Below are positions 46,968 through 54,438 of a stretch of 64,000 bases of DNA, piece by piece; position 1 is the first letter of the stretch; every line of letters begins with the position of its first letter. The stretch is taken from contig FR901000.1 in NCBI GenBank assembly GCA_000437915.1, positions 37,235 to 101,234 on the forward strand. The letters run 5' to 3'. The translations under genes were made by a program, and so were the position numbers. The notes beneath the pieces are model-generated. The model did not search any database. It was not told the origin of the DNA and saw only the letters and a program-made list of their open reading frames with translations. The stretch is from Subdoligranulum sp. CAG:314 (lineage in GTDB: Bacteria > Bacillota > Clostridia > Christensenellales > CAG-314).

Positions 46968-47035
46968 CTATGCGGGCGGAAAAAAATTGCGCCGCATATA
47001 ATTGAAAACCGACAACGACGCGGAGAAAAAACGAT

Positions 47036-47290
47036 ATGAGACTTGATAAATTTCTGAAAGTGAGCAGAATCCTCAAACGACGCACGGTCGCCAACGAGGC
47101 GTGCGCGGGCGGCAAGGTGAGCGTAAACGGAAGGACGGCAAAGCCCGGCGTGCAGCTCAAAACGGGAGACGTGGTAAACATTTCCTTTGCGGGGTTCGAT
47201 TTGACCTTCGCGGTCAAAGAGCTGCGCGAAAGCGTAAGAAAGGAGGAAGCCGCCGACATGTACGAAATCATCGGAGAAACCGAAAAATGA
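47036..47290 (+). CDS. S4-domain RNA-binding protein (YabO/Hsp15-like)
   Basis: MRLDKFLKVSRILKRRTVANEACAGGKVSVNGRTAKPG is an S4 alpha-L motif; 84 aa. Confidence 0.85.
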   Translation: MRLDKFLKVSRILKRRTVANEACAGGKVSVNGRTAKPGVQLKTGDVVNISFAGFDLTFAVKELRESVRKEEAADMYEIIGETEK

Positions 47291-48369
47291 GAAGCGCAGT
47301 CATAGTCGCCGCAGGCAAAGGCGAAAGATTTAACGGCGACAAAATTTTCCTTAATTTTTGCGGCGCGCCCGTTCTGTTGAGAGCGACGCTGCCCTTTCTC
47401 CATTTATGCGGGGAGGCAATCGTCGTGGTAAACGAAAACGACGTCGAAAAAGCGCGCACGCTGTTCGCTTCCATGCCCGCCGTAAAAATCGTCGCGGGGG
47501 GGAAAACGAGACAGCAGTCCGTCTTAAACGGGCTTGACGCCCTGTCCTCCCGCTGTCGAACCGTTGCCGTTCACGACGGCGCGCGCCCCTTTCTGTCGGA
47601 AGCGCTTGCAAAAATCTGCTTTGAACAGGCGGAAAAGCACGGCAGCGCCGTGCCCGTCGTCCCCTCGTCGGACAGCGTTTATTTCAACGGCGCTCCCGTT
47701 GACAGAAACGGCGTCAGACTCGCGCAAACGCCTCAGACCTTCGACGCGGAAAAAATAAAACAGGCATACGCCGAACGGGACGGAGCCGCCGCAGACGACG
47801 CGACGGTGTATTTCGGCAAATTCGGCAGTCTTAATTTCGTGGAAGGAGAAACCTCGAACAAAAAAATCACCTATCCCTCCGACCTCCCCGACATAAGGAC
47901 GGGGTGCGGGTTTGACCTGCACACGCTCGAAAAAGGCAGAAGGCTGATTTTGGGCGGCAGGGAAATCCCCTGCGACGCGGGACTCAAAGGGCACTCCGAC
48001 GCGGACGTATTGCTCCACGCCCTGACCGACGCGCTGCTGTGCGCCGCGGGAGAAAGGGATATAGGCTGCCTTTTCCCCGACAGCGACGAAAAATTCAAAG
48101 ACGCGGACAGCAGCATATTTCTTTACGAAGCGTCAAAGCGCGCGAGGGAAAAGGGATTTGCCGTCATGTTCGCGGCTGCCGACCTGATAGCACAAAAGCC
48201 GAAGCTCGCGCCCCACATACCCGCAATCAGAGCCTCCGTCGCAAAAATGCTCGACGTCCCCGCGGGGCTTGTCAACATTTCCGCGAAAACCGCCGAAAAG
48301 CAAGGCACAATCGGCGGCGGAAAAGCCATCGCCTGCGACGCGACGGTGACGTTGATGAAAATCGATTGA
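47287..48369 (+). CDS. ispDF: bifunctional IspD/IspF (MEP cytidylyltransferase / MECDP synthase)
   Basis: Start at the ATGA overlap (47287). N-terminal VIVAAGKGERF (IspD); C-terminal GFDLH...GHSDADVLLHALTDALL (IspF). 360 aa in one frame. Confidence 0.9.
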   Translation: MRSAVIVAAGKGERFNGDKIFLNFCGAPVLLRATLPFLHLCGEAIVVVNENDVEKARTLFASMPAVKIVAGGKTRQQSVLNGLDALSSRCRTVAVHDGARPFLSEALAKICFEQAEKHGSAVPVVPSSDSVYFNGAPVDRNGVRLAQTPQTFDAEKIKQAYAERDGAAADDATVYFGKFGSLNFVEGETSNKKITYPSDLPDIRTGCGFDLHTLEKGRRLILGGREIPCDAGLKGHSDADVLLHALTDALLCAAGERDIGCLFPDSDEKFKDADSSIFLYEASKRAREKGFAVMFAAADLIAQKPKLAPHIPAIRASVAKMLDVPAGLVNISAKTAEKQGTIGGGKAIACDATVTLMKID

Positions 48370-48417
48370 CACGCCAACCCCCTGTTGATACAATAATCGA
48401 ACCGAGGAGGATTAAAA

Positions 48418-48690
48418 ATGAGATATTTCAAAAGCAGACTGAAAGGAAGCGCCGTCGGCACGATTATCGGCAGCGCGGCAGCGGCAATAGGCGTCCCGAT
48501 TTTTTGCCTGATTAAGTGGTTTACAAGCGGCGAGAATTTGTTGGGCTTGGGCATATTGTTTTTTATCGGCGGCGCAATCGGCGTTGTAATCGGAGTTTTC
48601 CGTTACCGCATGATAGAAGAACGCGTTTCGGACGACCCGCCGTCCGACGAACAGCCTTTTTCCAAGAACGATTTCAACAGTTTGAGATAG
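48418..48690 (+). CDS. small membrane protein (90 aa), unknown function
   Basis: GAGGAGG SD; two Gly-rich TM helices; a terminator follows directly. Confidence 0.6.
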   Translation: MRYFKSRLKGSAVGTIIGSAAAAIGVPIFCLIKWFTSGENLLGLGILFFIGGAIGVVIGVFRYRMIEERVSDDPPSDEQPFSKNDFNSLR

Positions 48691-48692
48691 TA

Positions 48693-48723
48693 AAACAGCC
48701 TGTCGGCAAGACAGGCTGTTTTT
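48693..48723. terminator. bidirectional terminator
   Basis: 12-bp stem AAACAGCCTGTC/GACAGGCTGTTT with T-runs. Confidence 0.65.
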
Positions 48724-48737
48724 GTTTGTTTTGAAAA

Positions 48738-49136
48738 TCATTTGCCGCAGCTGCCGTGACCGCAGCCGTGCTCTTTGCACGAGCCGCCTTCCCCGTGTTC
48801 GTGGCTGTGCGAGCAATTTGCCTCCGTACCGAAAACAAGCGTGCCTTCGACAAACTCGTCGACACGGCTGTCCGCATCGCCGGAGACTCCCGCAAGCACT
48901 CTTATACCCGCTTCGGAAAGCGCGTTTAACGCTCCGCCGCCTATTCCGCCGCAAATCAGAGCGTCGGCTTTGTGGGCCGCGAGAAAACCCGCCAGCGCGC
49001 CGTGGCCGCTGCCGTCGGTGGGAATTATTTCCGAACCGACAACCTTGCCGTCCTTCACATCGTAGATTTTGAAATATTCCGTATGCCCGAAGTGCTGAAA
49101 AACTTTTCCGTCTTCGTAAGTTACCGCTACTTTCAT
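48738..49136 (-). CDS. NifB/NifX-type (dinitrogenase FeMo-cofactor-binding fold) protein with a His/Cys-rich tail
   Basis: MKVAVTYEDGKVFQHFGHTEYFKIYDV...ADALICGGIGGGA core; tail CSHSHEHGEGGSCKEHGCGHGSCGK. Confidence 0.75.
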   Translation of the reverse strand: MKVAVTYEDGKVFQHFGHTEYFKIYDVKDGKVVGSEIIPTDGSGHGALAGFLAAHKADALICGGIGGGALNALSEAGIRVLAGVSGDADSRVDEFVEGTLVFGTEANCSHSHEHGEGGSCKEHGCGHGSCGK

Positions 49137-49203
49137 TTTTATCTCCTTTACTCTCGATTTTTGACTTTTTCGCGCCTTTTAACCGTACACAAAATGCCCG
49201 CGC

Positions 49204-49800
49204 TCACAAAACGCGCCTGTTTTCCAACGCTTGAACAAGCGTGGCTCTGTCGGCGTATTCAAGCTCGCTGCCCACGCTTACTCCCTGCGCGGGGCGCGTG
49301 ACCTTGACTCCGAGAGGTTTTAAAATGCGCGCGAGATACATGGCGGTGGCTTCGCCCTCCACGTTGGGATTTGTGGCGACTATGACCTCTTTGACCTCGG
49401 GCGTGATTCTTTTGAGCAGCTCCTTTATCCTAAGCTGCTCCGGACCGATTCCGTCCAGCGGACTCAGAACGCCGCCGAGTATATGATACACTCCCTCGTA
49501 TTCGCCCGTCTTTTCCAGCGCGAAAACGTCCTTTGCGTCCTTTACCACGCAGATAACGGAGCTGTCCCTCTTTCTGCATATATCGCACGGGTCGGCGCCC
49601 GCTTCGGTAAAATTGCCGCAGACGGAGCAATATTTTACGTTTTTCTTGGTGTCGAGCAAAACCCTCGCGAACTCCTCCACCTCGCCTTCGCTCATGTCGA
49701 GGATTTTAAGCGCGTATCTCTGCGCCGTCTTGCCGCCCACAGCGGGCAGCTTGTTGAATTGATTTATCAGGCGCGCTATGGGATCGATGAACTCCTTCAA
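49204..49800 (-). CDS. recR: recombination protein RecR
   Basis: LPAVGGKTAQRYA HhH, the CSVCGNFTEAGADPCDIC zinc finger and a Toprim domain. Confidence 0.95.
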   Translation of the reverse strand: MKEFIDPIARLINQFNKLPAVGGKTAQRYALKILDMSEGEVEEFARVLLDTKKNVKYCSVCGNFTEAGADPCDICRKRDSSVICVVKDAKDVFALEKTGEYEGVYHILGGVLSPLDGIGPEQLRIKELLKRITPEVKEVIVATNPNVEGEATAMYLARILKPLGVKVTRPAQGVSVGSELEYADRATLVQALENRRVL

Positions 49801-49801
49801 G

Positions 49802-50122
49802 TCAAATCATGCCCCCGAACATACCCATTTTGTCCTCGTACTCCTCGTCGGCGACGGAATACGCGTCGTTGATTGCCGCCACAATGAGGTCTTCGAGCAT
49901 TTCCACGTCGTCGGGATCAACCGCCTTGGGGTCGATAGAGATTGAGGAAATAACCTTTTTGCCGTTGCACACGACCTTGACCATGCCGCCGCCGCTCTCG
50001 CCCTCGATTTCCATTTCTTCCAGCTCCTTCTGAGCGTCGGCAAGCTTTTGCTGCATCATTTGCGCCTGTTTCATCATTGCCTGCATATTTCCGCCGCCGA
50101 AGCCGCCTTTGAATCCTGCCAT
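49802..50122 (-). CDS. ybaB: YbaB/EbfC nucleoid-associated protein
   Basis: GNMQAMMKQAQMMQQKL...GGGMVKVVCNGKKVISSISIDP. Confidence 0.93.
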   Translation of the reverse strand: MAGFKGGFGGGNMQAMMKQAQMMQQKLADAQKELEEMEIEGESGGGMVKVVCNGKKVISSISIDPKAVDPDDVEMLEDLIVAAINDAYSVADEEYEDKMGMFGGMI

Positions 50123-50153
50123 ATTAAATCTCCTTTATTTTGCCTTATTTAAA

Positions 50154-51719
50154 TTATTCGTTTACGATAAATTCGCTGTTTCCCGCAAGCTTGCGGAACG
50201 CTTCTACGGTTTCCTCCGCGTCTCCGCGCTTTTCGCGCTTTTTCAGAACCAGCCTGAGCGGCGCGCAGTCGGACAGCAATTTCTGCAACTTTTCCGTATT
50301 CTGCCTCTGTCCCAGCAGATTCAGCTGCCCCGCGGTAAGCTCAAGCACCAGCTCGCCGTTTAAAATGTAGCAGTCGGACACCTCGGTACACACAGTGGAA
50401 AATATCGGCTCGTCCAGAGTATGCACCTCTTTTAAAACGCTCGCCCACACACGGCGCGCCGCGTTGTAATCCTTGACTCCCGCGGCGGGCAAAGCCGGCT
50501 CCGTGCGCGGCTGCTCCGTTTTCCCCTCGTTCCGGACGGCATAGGATTGCCCGTCCGACGCGGCTTTTGCAGGCGCGGCTGCCGACCTTTTTTCAAGCTG
50601 TCTGATTCTCCTGTCGAGAGACTCCGCGTCCACCTCTCCGTTCGAGCTTGCCACCTTGATTGCAGTGGCTTCAAACAGAATTCTCGGATTCAACGCGAAT
50701 CTCAAATCCGAGTCGATGCGCCCGAAAACCTCGGCTGCGTACAAAAGCTTTTTGAGGGAAACGTCCTTTGCCGAGCTTTCAAGCACTGAATACATGCTGT
50801 CGGGAACATTTACGAGCTTTCGGGCATTGTCGCACAGCTTGATGACAGCCATATCCCTCAACTGCGCAGCTATATCGCGCGCCAAAAGATTTACGCTTTT
50901 GCCCTCTCTGACCGTTTTGTCGGTCAAAACCAGAAACTCCGCCAATTGCCCGTTGAGAATATAGCTCGCAAATTTGTTTACCGTGCGCCCGTCGTTGGCG
51001 CCCAGCACGTTCAATACGTCATCGTAGGTCAGCTGCCTGTCGCCGCAAAAAGCAATACACCTGTCCGCGACGGACAGCGCATCGCGGGCGGAGCCTTCCC
51101 CCGCGACAGCGACGGCGTTAAGCGCTTCGGGCGTAAAGCTTTTGCCCGACCTGACAAGCACGTCTCCCACAAGCGCTTCCAGCTTGTCTACGCCCACCAG
51201 CTTGAAATCGAAACGCATACAGCGGGACAAAATCGTTTGCGGAATCTTGTAGGCCTCCGTAGTGCACAGTATAAAAACGGCGTGCGCGGGCGGCTCCTCG
51301 AGAGTTTTTAAAAATGCGTTGAAGGCGCTCTGCGAAAGCATATGCACTTCGTCTATGATATAAACCTTGTATTTTGACGAGCCGGGCGCGTACTGCACCT
51401 TTTCCTTTATATCCCGTATATACTCCACGCCGTTGTTGGAAGCCGCGTCCAACTCCACAATATCCATACCGCCGTTGTCAAGGCAGCTGCGGCACTTCAT
51501 GCAGGGGTTGCCGTCAACGGGGTTAAGACAGTTGATTGCGCGCGAAAAGACCTTTGCGGCAGTCGTCTTTCCCGTGCCCCGCGTGCCGGTAAAAAGATAA
51601 GCGTGGCTGATATTTCCCGATTTTATCTGATTTTTGAGCGTAGTCACCACAAAATCCTGTCCGACGATTTCATCGAAGGTTTGCGGTCTGAATTTGCGGT
51701 AAAGCGCAAGATAGCTCAT
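50154..51719 (-). CDS. dnaX: DNA polymerase III subunit gamma/tau
   Basis: MSYLALYRKFRPQTFDEIVGQ, the GTRGTGKTT Walker A and a zinc module (CLNPVDGNPCMKCRSC). Start trimmed to 51719. Confidence 0.93.
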   Translation of the reverse strand: MSYLALYRKFRPQTFDEIVGQDFVVTTLKNQIKSGNISHAYLFTGTRGTGKTTAAKVFSRAINCLNPVDGNPCMKCRSCLDNGGMDIVELDAASNNGVEYIRDIKEKVQYAPGSSKYKVYIIDEVHMLSQSAFNAFLKTLEEPPAHAVFILCTTEAYKIPQTILSRCMRFDFKLVGVDKLEALVGDVLVRSGKSFTPEALNAVAVAGEGSARDALSVADRCIAFCGDRQLTYDDVLNVLGANDGRTVNKFASYILNGQLAEFLVLTDKTVREGKSVNLLARDIAAQLRDMAVIKLCDNARKLVNVPDSMYSVLESSAKDVSLKKLLYAAEVFGRIDSDLRFALNPRILFEATAIKVASSNGEVDAESLDRRIRQLEKRSAAAPAKAASDGQSYAVRNEGKTEQPRTEPALPAAGVKDYNAARRVWASVLKEVHTLDEPIFSTVCTEVSDCYILNGELVLELTAGQLNLLGQRQNTEKLQKLLSDCAPLRLVLKKREKRGDAEETVEAFRKLAGNSEFIVNE

Positions 51720-51720
51720 T

Positions 51721-52290
51721 TCACTTCTCCTGTAACTTTCTTCTCGCGCGCTGCAAGGCTCCGTCAACCGCCTTGACGGTTTTGCCGCAGCGCGCCGCTA
51801 TATCCTCGTAAGCGTAGCCCTGCATAAACAAGTTCGCCGCTTTTTTTTCAAAGGCGGAAAGTCTCGTATTGATTTTGTTTTCGAGAGACTGCTGCTGTTC
51901 CTTTAAGATTGCGCGTTCAAGAGGGTCGCTTTCGGTATCCGCCACAGCCTCCGCGACGGCGTCGTTCAGGGGAATGTAATTGTACAACGCCTTGTTTTTG
52001 CCGCTTCCGGACTGCTTGACCGCGGAGATAACCCTGCGCAAAACGCACAGATAGGCAAACGCCGAAAACGAATTGCTTTTCGACGAGTCAAAGTCCTTTA
52101 TCGCCGTGTAAAGCCCGAGCATACCCTCCGCGAACAAATCCTCGCGGTCGCCGCCGGCAAGAAAAAAGCCGTTGCTGACGGAACGCACAACTCCCTTGTA
52201 TCTTGAAAACAGCTCGGCAAACGCCTGCTCGTCCCCCGCGCGCGCTTTTGCGGCAAGCGCGCCGTCCTCGTATCTGTCGCCGCCCGCCAT
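51721..52290 (-). CDS. sigH: sigma-70 family sigma factor, SigH-like
   Basis: Region 2 DREDLFAEGMLGLYTAIKDFDSSKSNSFSAFAYLCVLRRVISAVK and region 4 YEDIAARCGKTVKAVDGALQRARRKL resemble Bacillus SigH. It sits next to rlmB as in Firmicutes. Confidence 0.75.
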   Translation of the reverse strand: MAGGDRYEDGALAAKARAGDEQAFAELFSRYKGVVRSVSNGFFLAGGDREDLFAEGMLGLYTAIKDFDSSKSNSFSAFAYLCVLRRVISAVKQSGSGKNKALYNYIPLNDAVAEAVADTESDPLERAILKEQQQSLENKINTRLSAFEKKAANLFMQGYAYEDIAARCGKTVKAVDGALQRARRKLQEK

Positions 52291-52291
52291 G

Positions 52292-53002
52292 TCAGCCCCT
52301 CTGCCTCAACGCCTCGAAAACGGCGACTCCGCACGCAACCGACGCGTTGAGCGAGTTTATTTTGCCTTTCATTTTTATAGAAACCGCTCCGTCGCAGTTT
52401 TCCTTGACAAGCCGACTCACACCTCTGTCCTCTCCGCCTATGACAAGAGCAAGAGGACCTTTAAGATTGAACTCCGTTATTTCGCGCCCGTCCATATCGG
52501 CGCAAAAAACCCACAGACCCGCTTTTTTGAGCGTCGCTATCGCGTTGGAGAGGTTTGCCACGCGCGCCACCTTTACGTACTGACTCGCGCCGGCGGAGGT
52601 GCGCACCGCAGTATCGTTGACGCTTGCCGCGCGGTTTTTGGGAATGATAACTCCGTGCACTCCCGCGCACTCGCATACGCGGAGAATACTGCCGAGATTG
52701 TGCGGGTCCTCGATTCCGTCCAGAATCACCACAAAGGCGTCCTCCCCGCGTCTTTTGCTTTCGGCCAAAATATCCTCCACCTCGCAATAATCGAATTCGG
52801 TCGCGCGCGCAATGAACCCCTGATGACGCTTGCTTACGCTTTCGCGTTCCAGCACGCTTCTGTCAACGAATTGTATCTTTATCCCCGCCGCGCGCGCCTG
52901 CGCAACCAAGGGGTGGTTTGTTCCCTTTTCCACCAATAGAACGTCAATGGTCGTGCCCGCTCTCAAAGCCTCGCCTACCGCGTTTTTGCCTTCTATATTC
53001 AT
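52292..53002 (-). CDS. rlmB: 23S rRNA (guanosine-2'-O)-methyltransferase RlmB (SpoU/TrmH family)
   Basis: SpoU motifs ILDGIEDPHNLGSILR, LVIGGEDRGVS and SLNASVA. Confidence 0.88.
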   Translation of the reverse strand: MNIEGKNAVGEALRAGTTIDVLLVEKGTNHPLVAQARAAGIKIQFVDRSVLERESVSKRHQGFIARATEFDYCEVEDILAESKRRGEDAFVVILDGIEDPHNLGSILRVCECAGVHGVIIPKNRAASVNDTAVRTSAGASQYVKVARVANLSNAIATLKKAGLWVFCADMDGREITEFNLKGPLALVIGGEDRGVSRLVKENCDGAVSIKMKGKINSLNASVACGVAVFEALRQRG

Positions 53003-53415
53003 CAGATAAATTCCTCTCCCTTTTCGTAAGCGGCATTCAACAATTCCAAAATACGCCCCGCGTCACCGCTGACGTACAAAAAACCCAGCACCGCTTCCAG
53101 ACCCGTCGCTTTTTTGTATTGTTCCAACGTGGCGTTTTTGGCGGGCGTATTGTTGTGGCAGTTGCGCGCGCGGCGAAATACGTCTTTCTCCGTTTCGTCG
53201 AAAAAATCCGACAGCCTGTCGCAAGCCTCGCTTTGCGCCCTCGCGCTTAAAAGCCTGTTTGAAATTTTGCTCAGAGCGCCCGCCTTTCTGTCCGAAGAAA
53301 CCGCAAGCCTGCTTTTGAGCCACAGAGCATGCACCGCGTCTCCCACATAGGCAAGCACCAGCGGATTGAGCCGCAGCGCCCTTTCTCGGGAAATTTGCTT
53401 TTCGTTTAAATTCAT
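53002..53415 (-). CDS. mrnC: mini-ribonuclease III
   Basis: LNPLVLAYVGDAVHALWLKSRL RNase III signature; 137 aa; upstream of rlmB as in Bacillus. Confidence 0.85.
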   Translation of the reverse strand: MNLNEKQISRERALRLNPLVLAYVGDAVHALWLKSRLAVSSDRKAGALSKISNRLLSARAQSEACDRLSDFFDETEKDVFRRARNCHNNTPAKNATLEQYKKATGLEAVLGFLYVSGDAGRILELLNAAYEKGEEFI

Positions 53416-53530
53416 TGCCTTATTGCATATAGTTTAACACAAAAAAACAAACTTATCAACGCTTTACGGGACAAACGGCGCACGGAGATTCAAATTCTCC
53501 GCACGCCGTCTCGGATTCGATAAAATACGG

Positions 53531-53962
53531 TTAACAGACATTTTTACAGCTGACCAAAATATGACAAGGCGCGAATACAATCGCAAAGACGATTAAAGGA
53601 ATACTCAAAAGCATAATGCCTCCGAACAAAAATACGCACGAAGGGATTGCCGAAAGCAATATCGCTTTTTCAACAGTATTTTTCCGGAAAATCGCCCAAC
53701 AGGCAAGGTAAATCACGCACAAAACAGAGTTTACGATTGCATATACAAGCATAGCCTTATCAAACCAAAAACCGAAATAGGTAAAAGGAATATTGAAAAC
53801 CGTGAAGGCAATGCAGCCGTATCTGCCTATCTGCTCAAAAAGCTCTGCGGCTTTGTTTCCGCAGCTGTTTGGAAAACCGCCTTTATTTTTAATCGCATAT
53901 ATGATATTGGGAATCATTATAACCGAAATTACAATCAGTCCTATATAATTGAACCAAGACAT
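53531..53962 (-). CDS. membrane protein (4 TM), unknown function
   Basis: 143 aa and hydrophobic throughout. Its composition is lower in GC than its neighbours. Confidence 0.55.
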   Translation of the reverse strand: MSWFNYIGLIVISVIMIPNIIYAIKNKGGFPNSCGNKAAELFEQIGRYGCIAFTVFNIPFTYFGFWFDKAMLVYAIVNSVLCVIYLACWAIFRKNTVEKAILLSAIPSCVFLFGGIMLLSIPLIVFAIVFAPCHILVSCKNVC

Positions 53963-54018
53963 TTTACCAAACAGAATCCCTTATCCCGCATTTTAGTCGC
54001 GCAACGCAATTGTTTTAG

Positions 54019-54414
54019 TCAATCGGAGTTGTGAGAACAACAGTTGCAGCCGTCAAACAGGCTTTTCTCCATACGGTTTCCCGATGTTTTTTTATAGCCG
54101 AATTTTTCAAAAAATCCCTCGTTTTGCCCGACAGTCACATACGTTTCCCTGCAATCGCGGTTGAGAGAGAGAAACTCCGCCATTTTAAGCAACGCCTCTC
54201 CCGTCATTTTTCCACGCAGGTTTTCTTTTACTCCCAACGCGTAAATACGGACGAAATCGCCGTCCTTTTTCAACGAAACGCATCCCGCCTTTTCGTCGCC
54301 GTCGCGAGCCAAAACGTGCAGACAAAGCCCCTCGTCGTCAAAATCAGCGTCGCCGAAAACGCTTTTTCGCACTTCCTTTATTTCTTCAAGCTCCGCCTGT
54401 TTCAATTTAAGCAT
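54019..54414 (-). CDS. GNAT-family N-acetyltransferase
   Basis: VRIYALGVKENLRGKMTGEALLKMAE (motif A-like) ...GFFEKFGYKK. Start at the ATG at 54414 with GGGAGG SD. Confidence 0.75.
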   Translation of the reverse strand: MLKLKQAELEEIKEVRKSVFGDADFDDEGLCLHVLARDGDEKAGCVSLKKDGDFVRIYALGVKENLRGKMTGEALLKMAEFLSLNRDCRETYVTVGQNEGFFEKFGYKKTSGNRMEKSLFDGCNCCSHNSD

Positions 54415-54438
54415 TTTGTCCGCCTCCCGCAAAAAGCT

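Noticed and set aside
46867-47403. A 178-aa minus-strand ORF spanning the rpoB/S4 intergenic region and the S4-domain gene.
   Set aside because: It is antisense to a good S4-domain CDS, crosses a terminator and two promoters, and is a low-complexity translation with no SD.
50586-50596. An A6 run in dnaX (GAA AAA AGG) as a programmed -1 frameshift site producing gamma.
   Set aside because: In the zero frame the heptamer is A AAA AGG, not A AAA AAG. The -1 frame stays open for more than 60 codons instead of terminating quickly, and there is no obvious downstream stem-loop.
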